A DNA stretch of 64,000 nucleotides, taken from contig OZ374559.1 of assembly GCA_977862235.1 (NCBI GenBank), positions 1,736,001 to 1,800,000 of the forward strand, given 5' to 3'. How positions within the stretch are numbered: position 1 is the first letter of the stretch; every line of letters starts with the position of its first letter. Positions 36,340 to 47,908 of the stretch are shown piece by piece. Position numbers and translations under genes: made by a program. This DNA comes from Dudresnaya verticillata. Taxonomy: Eukaryota. The notes below the pieces were generated by a model that worked only from the letters and a program-made list of their open reading frames with translations, was not told where the DNA came from and searched no databases.

Positions 36340-37846
36340 CATCGCTCGCTCAGAGTTGGAATTTCATCGAGTGTCAAAGGTTCTTTACATGGTTGAAAAG
36401 GTACACAGTAGATAGTGACCTTGCGGAACGTCCCAGAACAGCAACATTAATGCAATACCAGGATAGCAGTAATCAGTTGAAGTGTCAACGCTCTGGGTTC
36501 AATGCTAACAGAGCACTCTAGCGGCAGCAGTCAGTGTCACACCCGCACTCTCGCTGCAACGCTAACAAAATATTACCGTCCAGAGAGGAGAGACGAAACA
36601 GGAGAGTTCTTTCAAAAGATGGACCGGAGAGTTCTTCCAAAGATGAACCGGAAAGATCTTCCAATTTACGGGTACATAAGCCTTCGGCCGCTCTGATCCC
36701 AGACAGTCGAGGCAAGTTCTTCCTTCCCGCCCTCCCGCCCTTCGCACCTTTGCCTTCTCCAACAAGTTCTAGCCTTTTCTTTCTAATCTAACAGCCATAT
36801 GCGAGTGTCTATGACTCATGTGAGACCCATCTTCATATCTCTCTCATTAGTCTAGTGAATGAAGCTCTCCCAATAAAGCTTTCATTTCTTTTCATCTCTG
36901 GACTTTCATAGCAGTTCCTTCTGTTGCACGCAAAGCCAATATCAGAAGGGGCAGTGCGGAGATGCGTACTATCGATTTACCTGGACAAGATGCATGGTGG
37001 TACACTATACAACGCAACAACACTCTACTTGCTCTTTCTCGCCTGCTTGATATGAAGCCCAGATGGTATCGACAACAAGGTTTCAACGACAGGAAAGGGA
37101 AACGACTTTCAATGTTTGTCCTCACAAGGCGTCAGGGAGTGGCGCGGTCTTTGTTAGAAAGATGCTTTTACCTTAATCAACAGGCATTGTTCAGATATTT
37201 CGTGACGCTACGCTCTCCTGCTACACAGAAAAGAGAGCGACACGCTAGCTTTAGTACTTCTACACAAGCTAGGCTCTACACTGCCCTTCTATCCAGCAAT
37301 TCTCTTGCATATCGAACACCTATGGATACCGCAGTAGTGCACACAGGATGCACGTGCATCCGCGAAAGAGTTAATCGCGTAGGCACATACGCACAGCCAG
37401 TATTTCTTTGTTATTCGGACAAGCTTTCCGTGCTTTGCACAAAAGTGTGCCTAGGGTTGAGGGTTCGATATGATAACTTGGGCTTTCTGAATCGTGAGCG
37501 GTAGTGAGACATGTTCTAGGATTCTGTTTTACGTGGTTCCAAGCGCTCAACCGTAGATAAATGTGTCATGTACAGCCTTGTATCGGAATGAAAAGGTACT
37601 CTGGGGAATAGAGAGTCCTACCGAGCGTCCTACAAAGGATCCACCTGTGCAAATATCGACGATATTCAGATTGTACTTTGTTACACATCGGAGGATAGCA
37701 TCCGATAAGCCTATCGGATCGATTGAATTAGCTCAACCCTGGCAGTGCTCTACGTCAACAGTATAGTAGTATTCTAAGCGTATATATGGACGCTTCGAGT
37801 ATCAGCCCCTGCCAACATCAGACAAGTTCCGTCCTTTCTTTCAGAG

Positions 37847-38497
37847 TTGGCCTCTGAAGCGAAAGGATACGCTGCTAATTCGCGGTGTGAACATTCAGCC
37901 ATTAGTAATGCTCTTCCCTCGGATCATTTCACCGACCCGCAACCGTCAGATTACACTGACGTTCTCAATCGCCTTAGCGCTCTCAAGCTTGCTGGAAAGG
38001 CTCCATTGTGGCCACGAGCAGATTTTGTTCAGCCCAACCAGACTGGTTACTTTAAACCCGACACTGTGCTACACAGGGAAACCTACCGAAAGGACCGGCG
38101 AAACGGAAAAGAGTTGGAGTATATCCACTCAGCTGGTACCTGGGTCGAGCAGGCTCTCGAGGCCTTCTCCCTTGCTGAAGTGGAGTCTGACGCAGCAAAA
38201 CAGGGGAGGCTTTTCAAGCTCGTACACATATCCCTCGAAGGTGCTAAGGAGGTGTTGGCGATGCAAACTGCGCATTTCGCAACAGTTGTTGATAAGGGTC
38301 CGGCAGCGCGGCAGCTTGCGGACTTGGTTGAGTCCAAAGTCACTGCTCAAAGGGAACAGGTCCCATCCGAGGTGTATGCGTCGGTCTACAAGGAGCTTAC
38401 CGCCAAATACACCATCGAGACAGCCAAGGCATTGGAAAAACAGGAGGTTGCTAACGCAGACGGCAAGGGGACGTCTGGGAAATCAAGAGAGTCGTAA
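37847..38497 (+). CDS. YR element 2 ORF1 (gag-position protein; start uncertain)
   Basis: Open 216-codon frame homologous to ORF1 of element 1. Confidence 0.75.
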   Translation: MASEAKGYAANSRCEHSAISNALPSDHFTDPQPSDYTDVLNRLSALKLAGKAPLWPRADFVQPNQTGYFKPDTVLHRETYRKDRRNGKELEYIHSAGTWVEQALEAFSLAEVESDAAKQGRLFKLVHISLEGAKEVLAMQTAHFATVVDKGPAARQLADLVESKVTAQREQVPSEVYASVYKELTAKYTIETAKALEKQEVANADGKGTSGKSRES

Positions 38498-38514
38498 CAA
38501 CGCTCTAGCTCACG

Positions 38515-40545
38515 ATGACCATCGACGAGCCCTCCAAGTGGAAACCGTCCTGGTCCCAGGGCAGGTGGTTCCACACACAAAAACAAGCCTCTTCTTGGCA
38601 GCTTATCGGCTCGACGGCGTACATAATACGTATTCTACAATATGGGATCTGGGACCCGCCCGACACGCCTTTTACGGAAGGAGCAATCCTTCCACAGCTG
38701 CCACAGAACAAAGAAGACATCCGATTCGCAATGGAAGATCTAGACGAGGGGTGCAAGCTCGGATACTACCAGCAGGTGTCCGGAAAATATGCGAGACGCT
38801 GTGTAAGACAAGGGAAGCTAGTTTCTTCCGCCTTCGTGGAGTGGCAGAACAGCAAACCGCGTCTCGTGATCAATCTAAAACGTCAAAGTCAGCATTGGAA
38901 GAAACGTTCTGTTCAAATGGAATCTCTGAGTTCCTTCGCTGGCTGTTTAGTACACCGCGACTACCTCCTGTCATTCGACTGGAAGTCCGGTTATCGTCAC
39001 TTCCGATTGCACCCACGTATGTGGGACTGGTTCATTTTCAGATACAATGGACAATTCTATCGCTGTATAGCCTTACCCTTTGGGTGCACGCGCAGTCCCT
39101 TCTGGTTTTGTCATATCTTAAGCCCCCTAACACGGTATATGAGAGAACAGATAGGTATGCGCATATTGGTGTGGCTGGACGATTACTTTATGGCTCCAGG
39201 AACTGGAGCAGAACCAAGTACGCCGGCGGATTGCCTCAAAACCTGTCAGGTACTAGAGGAGCTCTTTGCAAAGCTCGGTATGTTGCGTCAACCGGACAAA
39301 AGGGGTCTGGGGGAAGGTGCAACACGCTTGGAGCACCTCGGAGTCGTGATCGACACAGTAAGGTTCCGATTCTTCATTTCCCCCTCAAAGTTAGAAAAGC
39401 TACACAGTATGGCTACGCTCCTTCTGCGGCAGAGTGCTACCGGGCGCCGGTACGTATCCGAGTCCCTTGTAACCTCATTCACGAGCCGAGCTGTCTCACA
39501 GCTCCTCCCGGTACCACTAGCCTGTTTCTTCACGCGATCGCTGTACAGCGATTTAAGAGACCGCCCTCGTCGAGGAAAGGGAAAAGGGCGCCGAGTATCT
39601 TTGTCCAATCAGTCCCTTCAGGACCTTCGGTCCTGGAATGTCATGCTCCAGGGGGACGGTCGGCTACTATATGGCGGTCAGGACTCCTGTAATCTGCACA
39701 CGGACGCTGCAGATATCGGATACGGCGCTACATTGGGCCGCGATCTCAATCCTGGGTCACAGGGGGACGTAGAGGTACAAGGAACATGGTCACCATTCCG
39801 GAGACTTCAATCGATCAATATGCGCGAGCTAGTAGCGGTTCGCAAGGCACTACAGAACGACTCCGTATCTGCAAAATTGACCGGCTGCAACAGGAGGATC
39901 ATCCTACACGTCGACAACCAAGTTGTCCTCCGAGTCATTTCCAACATGGTGTCAACCAGCCCACTTCTTATGGACGAGCTCCGCAAGCTACACCACTTGC
40001 TAGACAGGATGAAAGTTCAGATTCGAGCAGAGTGGCTGCCGTCAGCGATGAACAAATGGGCCGACCGCCTCAGTCGTACGTGGAACCCTCGGGACCTCGG
40101 CGCGACCCCTTCCATATTGCGATCGCTCGCGGAATCACTCCAATTGCAGCAAGTCCGTCGATACTGGCCCCTAGGAGACGCCCCAGCAGCGCGCTCGAAA
40201 GTGATACAAGCACAACTCCGGGAGCATTGGGGCGACGGGCGGAGCAGGCTGTGGAATCCTCCTCCACAGTGGTTGTCGGCGACCATAACGAAAATAGCGA
40301 ACGAGAAGGCTCATGGTATCTTGGTCGCTCCGTACTGGCCCGGGACGAATTGGTGGCAGCTCTTGCTGCGCATCACTCTCTCAATGCGCAAACTGAAACC
40401 ATCACAGGGGTGTTTGTTCAGCAGTCCGCACGCCAATCCCTCATGGTCGCTAGTTCTAGCAGAGGTAGGCGCACGGCCTCCGGGACTATCATGGAAGCTC
40501 TCAGACGCCAACTGCCTAACACACGGGCAGGAAGGGCCACACTAG
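38515..40545 (+). CDS. YR element 2 reverse transcriptase, RNase H and methyltransferase-like domain (676 aa, intact)
   Basis: PRLVINLK, SFDWKSGYRH, LPFG, WLDD, EHLGVVID, HTDAA, INMRELVAV, HVDN, ADRLSR, WNPP, ILVAPYWP..WW. Confidence 0.93.
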   Translation: MTIDEPSKWKPSWSQGRWFHTQKQASSWQLIGSTAYIIRILQYGIWDPPDTPFTEGAILPQLPQNKEDIRFAMEDLDEGCKLGYYQQVSGKYARRCVRQGKLVSSAFVEWQNSKPRLVINLKRQSQHWKKRSVQMESLSSFAGCLVHRDYLLSFDWKSGYRHFRLHPRMWDWFIFRYNGQFYRCIALPFGCTRSPFWFCHILSPLTRYMREQIGMRILVWLDDYFMAPGTGAEPSTPADCLKTCQVLEELFAKLGMLRQPDKRGLGEGATRLEHLGVVIDTVRFRFFISPSKLEKLHSMATLLLRQSATGRRYVSESLVTSFTSRAVSQLLPVPLACFFTRSLYSDLRDRPRRGKGKGRRVSLSNQSLQDLRSWNVMLQGDGRLLYGGQDSCNLHTDAADIGYGATLGRDLNPGSQGDVEVQGTWSPFRRLQSINMRELVAVRKALQNDSVSAKLTGCNRRIILHVDNQVVLRVISNMVSTSPLLMDELRKLHHLLDRMKVQIRAEWLPSAMNKWADRLSRTWNPRDLGATPSILRSLAESLQLQQVRRYWPLGDAPAARSKVIQAQLREHWGDGRSRLWNPPPQWLSATITKIANEKAHGILVAPYWPGTNWWQLLLRITLSMRKLKPSQGCLFSSPHANPSWSLVLAEVGARPPGLSWKLSDANCLTHGQEGPH

Positions 40546-41525
40546 ACCTCTCCCGTCAGAGTCTTGCCGCCAGCACAGACGCCACCAAGTCCTCACAGTG
40601 GTCGAAATTTGAGCGCTTCTGTCTCTCGGAAGGCCATGCACCGCTACCCGCCACGCTTGGTACTGTGCTAGCTTATATTGGGTACCTACTTGAAGAAGAC
40701 CGCGGGCATTCAAAATCGCTCCCGCATTATTTTTCCGCTGTGCGTACAGCACACGAGAGGCACGGCTTCGGAGATCCATACACCGGAACAATGCTTTCCG
40801 ACCTCTGTCGTGCATTCACTAGGGCAGATAATGCCCGCGGGAAGCACCAAGACACTAGAGCAGCCCTCCCGGCATCTGTGGTACATAAGATCAGGTGTTA
40901 TGGGTTAGAGCAAGAAGATGGCTCTCAGTCACAACGTGACGCTGCGCTTATTGAATTTCAATTCTTGACTTCTTGGCGGGAGAGCTCGGCCCGCACCACT
41001 CTCCGGGAAGATGTAGAGATATACATTGGATCACCTTGGGATGAGTCTGATACTAACGCCATTACAATGGCTGCCCGGCCACGGAAGCTGAAGGGCAGAC
41101 CTGTCCGCGGCACACCTACAAACATCCTTACGTGCTTCGGGGCAGTGGCGGACAACCCGCTGTCGTTACAGCTCCGTTACTATAACATCCGCCTCCAGGC
41201 TGCAGCCACATCCCCCTACTGGTCTTAAACTGGCGTCCAACCGTCCGTTCAGGCGATCAACGAAATGTTAAGACGGGTTCTACGTCACCTACAAGTCCTA
41301 CCACCTCCGCATTGTTTTTACTCATCTAATAGTCTCAGAAGTGGATCAGTGTCTAGCCAGATTCTTGCAGGGGTCCCTATTCCGGTGATAGTCCAGCGAG
41401 GCCTCTGGACAACCGAACAAATGGTCATTAATGTGTACTTCGATGGAAGAATAAGGTTCACCCGCGAAATGAGCCGTTATTTCCAGAGCCTCATACCTCC
41501 GGTACCAGCTCTTCCCCCGCAATGA
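40491..41525 (+). pseudogene. YR element 2 tyrosine recombinase with one in-frame TAA (41226-41228)
   Basis: SWRESS, SNSLRSG (His replaced by Asn), RGLW, VY; ORFs 39786-41228 and 41265-41525 share a frame. Confidence 0.88.
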
Positions 41526-42997
41526 GCTGCGATTAGTCCGTACCGACATATCTCCGTGATGGGTTTTCGTGTCATGTACAGCCTTGTATCGGAATGAAAA
41601 GGTACTCTGGGGAATAGAGAGTCCTACCGAGCGTCCTGCAAAGGATCCACCTGTGCAAATATCGACGATATTCAGATTGTACTTTGTTACACATCGGAGG
41701 ATAGCATCCGATAAGCCTATCGGATCGATTGAACTAGCTCAACCCTGGCAGTGCTCTACGTCAACAATATAGTAGTATTCTAAGCGTATATATGGACGCT
41801 TCGAGTATCAGCCCCTGCCAACATCAGACAAGTTCCGTCCTTTCTCCCACCCACCTACACCCATTTCATTCTTCTTCTGGCTTTCACCATTCAAGTTACC
41901 GTCCTTTCTGGTCATGCAGACCTTTGCACACTTTGCCCATACGGCACTTTTCTAGCATTACTCATCTCTGAAAGAAGTGCGACTTTACAATAAAGGCAAC
42001 ATTTCCTTTTCATCATGTGTGTGGAGAAACGATTATAGTGGAGCAGAGACCGAAGGTGCACTGCTGTAGTGAGCACACCAAAAATGCTGAATATCGCTCC
42101 GCATGTACAACATAGCGATTACAACGGTCAAAAGCAAGTCCATATGCAGGAGGAACGTGCTGTTCAAGCGTCTGATCCGGTTTGCGTGAGTAGCGAGCCA
42201 CAAATATTTAAGGAGACGATGCTGTCCCTACTTCATTGCGACAGTGAGAACGGAAGGCAACAATGCTCAACCCGGCAGCACCGAATTCCATTGGCTGCCA
42301 GAAAGTGCAACAGACATTAGCATTGCCGCCTCTGGTTCCGCCTCTGCTCGCACCTCGGCGAATTCATTCTTATACCGAGGAATCACTGTATGCTTATTCT
42401 TCTCTAATACCGCACTTCTATCGCTGCATCGCTGCCTAGGGTTTATTGCAGCCGCTCGCTTAACGACTGTGGGCAACAATTCACCTTCTTTTCAACTCTG
42501 TGCTGTGGCAAGCGGTAGCCGTCGCGATCTATTTCCCTCGCTTGTGGTTGGACCCTCTTGAGGATGCCCTCGTAATTCAGTACTCTGCAGTCTTGAAAAA
42601 AGCTTCCAAGTGACCATGCAACTCAGCTTACATCTACTCATACAAATTGATATCTCTCCTATAGGATGGACATACCAATAACACTACTGTTTGTGGACAC
42701 TATTACAAAGCTGTGGAGATATGGATAAGTTGTGGGTGGTGCGATGCGAGCCGTAGCAGATAAGCGGAGCAAACGTTTGTGCACATTCCACTTCTTGCGC
42801 TAAAGCGCGCAAGTTGCCCCGTCACGCATCATTTCGCAGTTGATCGAGCCGACAAGAGCAACTTCAATGCGTGTATAAAAGCTCTAATTGCTTCACCTCA
42901 TTGCCATTCTCAAAAAGCAAACCCAAACAACTCAAGCAACCGAACATCAAAAGCATATCGACCGCATCCGATCAGCGATCAACACGTAACTACAGCT

Positions 42998-43528
42998 ATG
43001 AAGTCCTTCAAAATCGCCCTTGCCCTCTCCGCAGCAATCCTATTCTGCGCCACTCTAGCTCACTGCGAAAAACCTGAGCTGAACGACGAGGACGTTCTGG
43101 AGGCCGGTGTCGACCTCAAGGGAGATGTCAAAGAAAATAAGGAGACAGACATAGTTCTGGACCACGGATCCAAGATGGGCAAACTGGATACTTCGGAGAA
43201 GATTCCAGGCAGTCCCTACAGAGGTGCCTTCATCCTGTGCGAGGGTAGTACTCCTGTTTCCACCATCAGGGCCGTCCGCACCCGCTCTGTTCAGATCCTT
43301 GCAGGCTACCGTGGATCTTGCAGTACCAGGACTGTGGTTGGGAGTGGCAAGTTTAACCACGCCGCTCTGTGGAGAGGAGGCTTCACCGGAATTGACTATT
43401 ACTACGAGCGACTTATCACATGTAGTTCGGGGCAGGCTTGTTTGTACAGCCGGACCTCTAAGAGCACGAGAACGATCTTCTGCTGTACCAGGACCTATGA
43501 AGCCCACGTTGTGACGTTTGGCATCTAA
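42998..43528 (+). CDS. Secreted Cys-rich protein, second copy
   Basis: Translation identical to 5083-5613. Confidence 0.8.
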   Translation: MKSFKIALALSAAILFCATLAHCEKPELNDEDVLEAGVDLKGDVKENKETDIVLDHGSKMGKLDTSEKIPGSPYRGAFILCEGSTPVSTIRAVRTRSVQILAGYRGSCSTRTVVGSGKFNHAALWRGGFTGIDYYYERLITCSSGQACLYSRTSKSTRTIFCCTRTYEAHVVTFGI

Positions 43529-44759
43529 GCGTTTCTGACGGCTTTTCTGGGTCACTTGGTACGCGAACTAGCCATTAATCGCATTCATGCATACTTATCG
43601 GAATTCGTATAGGGTATCATCTCGTTTTTGTCTGAATATGGAGCCCCACACTATAGCCATTCATATCTACTGCAGCATTGGCACAGGCTTCCAGATTGTC
43701 GTCCAAATATTTACGGACTTCTTCACTCTTCTGAAGGACACCTCCCCTGTCATTGAGAAAGCATCTATCCTCAGCTGGCTTGCAACTTTAGTTGCTCAGC
43801 CCATCGCTGTCGGAAATTAATCGCCGACAACTTGCAAGTTTTGCTGCTAATCCTAGATAGCTACTCCTTGCTTTATTGAGTAAAGGTCTATCTCTCTTCT
43901 TAAACATGGTTTTTGTGCGAGGCGATACAACAAAGCTGCAGTTTCGTTTGATCTGCAACTGACTTTTTCTAAAAATCCTGCGCGCAACATAATCCTGGCT
44001 TTGAAGAAAGCGACACCCCGTAGCGCAATCTTTGTCGGGACTAATGACCATGTCGTCTTCACTCAATCAAAACTTTTTGCTGTACCTTAAGTGAAAGCTC
44101 CAGCATAGTGTTTAGGCAATTGCAGACGAACTTACTTGCAGCAGTATACTTCTACTAGTCGGGCACAGTTGTCAAAGGATTCTTATTCTTCGATTTGTTG
44201 TAAACAGTTACATGCTAATGATAATAGTTTACGGTTATTTTCTGGCCGGAAGCGGTGCTGATGCTACTATTCGAACACTCGGACTGGCATGTTATGTTGT
44301 TGACGTTCTACCGTAGAGCGCGGCCAAAACGGGCGTTTTGGAGGGTTTTCGCGAACGAGGGTTGGCTGTGTTAACAGCAGGCAGTTTGGCAACGGAAAGG
44401 CGAGGTTTATCCACCACCATTGCCTTCACCTGGAACCGCCACCTTACATTCAAATAATCCGCCTCCAAGAGCCGCGGCTCCAATGGGTAGTGGTGTTGGG
44501 CAAAACTTGCCACTCCCTCACCAGACTGCATTTGAGGTGTCGGTCAGCAGCCTCCACTCTCTGTCCAGCTCTACACCTCACGTCTCTGAGCAGACTGTTT
44601 CTGCGCGCGAACAGCGCATGAAACTTCGCTCTCGTGATCTCCATAGTGCCAACTGCACCGCATCGATTTACACGAATGGTCATGGATTTCTACGGTTACA
44701 TAGCCGTTTTATACGACCTTTATGCATAGGAAAGACTACAGCCCCGTAAGGGGGCTTAT

Positions 44760-45515
44760 CTAAAACTCATCTGAAAGGCGACGGTCGAAGAGTAAACGGC
44801 GGTTAACAGCCACCGCGACAGATTGAAGTACAAGAGAGGTGAGGTGGGTGAGAAGAGATAGTTTCTCAGATATCGGCGAAGTACCCTTCATAGCAGCTAG
44901 GAAATTCGCCACGCGCTGAGCGCCTCGATCGAACCCAGAACCAATGGCACCATAGATGTCCATAACCATAGGATGGAGATCTATCCGATTGGTAGAACAT
45001 AAGCGACGATAATAACGGGCTTTAGCTTGCTCGCGGCGGTGAATAGCTTGATGTTGAGAGCGAGGCGTTTTGGACAGTGTAGTTGGATGGTGTGGGGTCA
45101 CCACGGAGACGTCAAATGCTTGCGGGAGGGGGGCAAACGCAGGGTCATCAACATAGAGATCCATACGAAGATGGTCACGTCGGTCTTCTTCGAAACGGTC
45201 TTCAGTACGTTGTAATTGATGGGCATCGCGACGACTTTCTGAAGCAGTGCGTGCAGAAGACGCCACAACTCGGGAATCCACAGTCTCCTCTAGGTAGGAA
45301 AAGTTGCGTTCAAGCTGAACAGTAACGCCATGGTTCCGAGCAGTATTACGAAAGAAAGCCCCAAGTTGATTTCGGAGGGTATCATGGCGGCGAATACTGC
45401 CAGTTCCTGATCGACAGATTGTGGCATGGTGTCCAAAGATATCAAGGAGTGGAACTTCAGCGGATGTGCCATGGAGACAAGCAGGACAAGGGCGATCACC
45501 ACGTAGACAAAGGTC
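44760..45515 (-). pseudogene. CRE/RLE-type LINE 3' fragment, second copy
   Basis: Matches 6845-7600. Confidence 0.85.
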
Positions 45516-46164
45516 TGCAGAATTTCGGCGACTTCTCGAGGAAGTTCCTCTTTACTGAAAAACGTTTCCTTCTCACGAGTTTGGTTTCTTTCGTGAATCA
45601 GTGTGTTCCAGTTCGTGTTAAGCGTCGCCGACTTTCCAGTGTCTTAGTCTACCCCCTGTGGACTTTGGTTGTGTCTCGAGAGAGTAAAGCGATGCTTACC
45701 CCTTCCGCCTCCATTACAGTTGAGATAGGCGTTACAGCGTTCCGTACGACATGCCCACCGATGCAGCCCAATTCGTGTACAACTCCTTCGCCCACCCGGT
45801 CTACGAGCACTGTATTGCCCTCGTACCTCTGGAGCCCCCCAATCGTCACGGCGATCGACTGACTGGATTCCCACTTCTTCCGCATTGTTCAGATTCCTTC
45901 CCCCGCTGCTCAGACAAGCGGCAATACAAACCAAGTGGACCACTACCCTCTCTGCGCTCGCCAGAAGCCATCTATCTTCCATCAGCGTGGCATGCCAAGG
46001 AAACTATACGTGCCCTGCCGAGTCTTCCAGAGATGGAACAAACCCTAACACCCAGGGTGTATCCTATCATCCAGGCGCGAATCCTAGTCGAATGTAATCG
46101 GCATTGCGTTATGTGTGCAAAAGCAATCCACTTATTCAAGTACTGCACTGTACTTACTGTCCAT

Positions 46165-47615
46165 AGTAAAAGAGAGATGGGGACCTTTATGGTAGGGTTG
46201 GAAGGGCGCTAAGTCGCCCCGTCTACGCAAGGACCTACCTGAAGGGCAAGACGACGGCGATTGATCGCCAGCGCCTGAAATCGGAGAAGATGAGATACAA
46301 TGCGATTCGTGAGTGCTGGCGTTTCGTCCGAAGGGTTACTCCCTCTCTGTTCGGACGTAAAGCGGCCAATGGCACGTAACGCCTGACGAGCCTCAGTGCC
46401 AATAGCGCCGTAGGAGTCAATACCAACAGCATAGAAATCCATTCCCTCGCTGTCGAGTAGATCTTGGTAATGCGCTCTTTTGGGCCTTTCAGCGAGCGTT
46501 GCCGCTGCCCCGCCCAAGCGAGAGGCGGCAGTGCAGTAATTGGCAGCAAACGGGGCTGCCACCGTAACGTCAAAGGCCTGAGGGCGGGGGTTAAAGGCAG
46601 ATATAGGAACCACCACGTCCATACGGCGACGAGAAGTAGGGGGCAGATGACGTTCGGCGAGAAACGAGTATTCGACATAGATAGGGCGTAGGCCCAACTG
46701 GCGGAATTCGTTCGCTAGAACATCGCGTAAGGTGTTATGACGCCGGATAGCACCTTCGCGCCTAGCGCAGATGATGGCATGTTTCCCGAGAGGATCAAGT
46801 AGAGGAGCTTGCGTCACGCCCCGCGTGAGTACACAGTGGGGACAACGAGTAGTGCCGGTAAAAACCGGGTTACCCAAGCGGATATCACACGCGGTAATCT
46901 ATTCCTCCGGGGTGAAGCGAGTACCGCGATAGGTATTCGGGAGGGCAGTAAAAGGTGCACTAGCTGCAGCCGTGCTGCAGGACAGTAGACGAGCCATGTA
47001 CGATTTTTGCACTGTTGAAGAATGCGAGGAAAGCGATGGAGAGCGGAGTACAGCTGCACGGGCAGCCATAATACTATCCGTAATGGACATTTGAATGCCA
47101 GGAACCGAACCATTGCGTTGAGTAGCTTTCCGAAATAGAGCTTCCGGGGTGAGAGGCAAGGGGAGAAGAGAAAGGTTTTGTAGAGGAAGCAGTGCTTCTG
47201 TAATGGCTCTATCGATCGGGCAGATTCGAGCAGAAGCAAATTGTCCGAGGCTGTTGGTGAGGAGACGAACCGCTGAGCGGACTTGAAGCAGCGAGCCCGC
47301 ATAAGCAGCATGGGAAACATCAGACGCAGAGGTTATTCCAAGACCCCCAAAACGAACAGGAAGCGTAGCGAGGCACCAGGCGGAGTCGGTCAGGGGACGG
47401 TGTGTCTCTTCATACATGCCTCGCTGCCTCCGGTCGAACGCGTCGACTTCAGCGCGGGTTAAGTGCGGCGGCACAGTACGAAGGAGAAACAGTAGCTTAC
47501 TAACGCCATAACAAACACGGATAGTGTGTAATGATATTTGGGGATCACATAGTGTAGTGAATCGATCACGAAGCAATTCATGCGTAGATTCGAGCTTATA
47601 GTAAAATGCAGCTCG
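46165..47615 (-). pseudogene. 5'-truncated CRE/RLE-type LINE, second copy
   Basis: Matches 8250-9700. Confidence 0.9.
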
Positions 47616-47836
47616 AACCCGAACGATCCGTTGTAAGGCTCGTACCTTGATGAGCCCGGCGAGGGAAATGGAGGTGCGCAACTCGGGCGGTTGAGTCGTC
47701 TATTTTCGGTCTAAAAGGGGTTCCAATGGTCTCGAACTCGGGCTGGAATTGCCTGATCTGGACTGCACCAACCTGGTCGTATAAAAAGCAGCATTGCACA
47801 TGGAGGGTACAACTGTGTGAGAGCGCACGCAGTAGA

Positions 47837-47908
47837 TCCTCTATGGTCTAGTGGTTAGGATTTCCGACTCTCACTCGGGAGGCCGGGGTTCAATTCCCCG
47901 TGGAGGAA
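47837..47908 (+). tRNA. tRNA-Glu(CTC), second copy
   Basis: Identical to 9922-9993. Confidence 0.95.

Larger units (their letters stand above)
32278..36896 (+). mobile_element. Tyrosine-recombinase (DIRS/PAT-like) retrotransposon 1, 4619 bp, decayed
   Basis: Absent from copy A at 3396/3397; direct repeat A at 32271-32634 and 36362-36725; ORF1, RT-RH-MT-like and YR; AATAAA at 36872. Confidence 0.92.
37563..42011 (+). mobile_element. Tyrosine-recombinase (DIRS/PAT-like) retrotransposon 2, about 4449 bp
   Basis: Absent from copy A at 4073/4074; direct repeat A at 37563-37839 and 41569-41845; AATAAA at 41989; ends uncertain by a few nt. Confidence 0.92.

Noticed and set aside
32271..36725. A repeats as conventional LTRs
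   Set aside because: No TG..CA ends, PBS, PPT, integrase or TSD, and the element continues about 170 nt beyond the second repeat.
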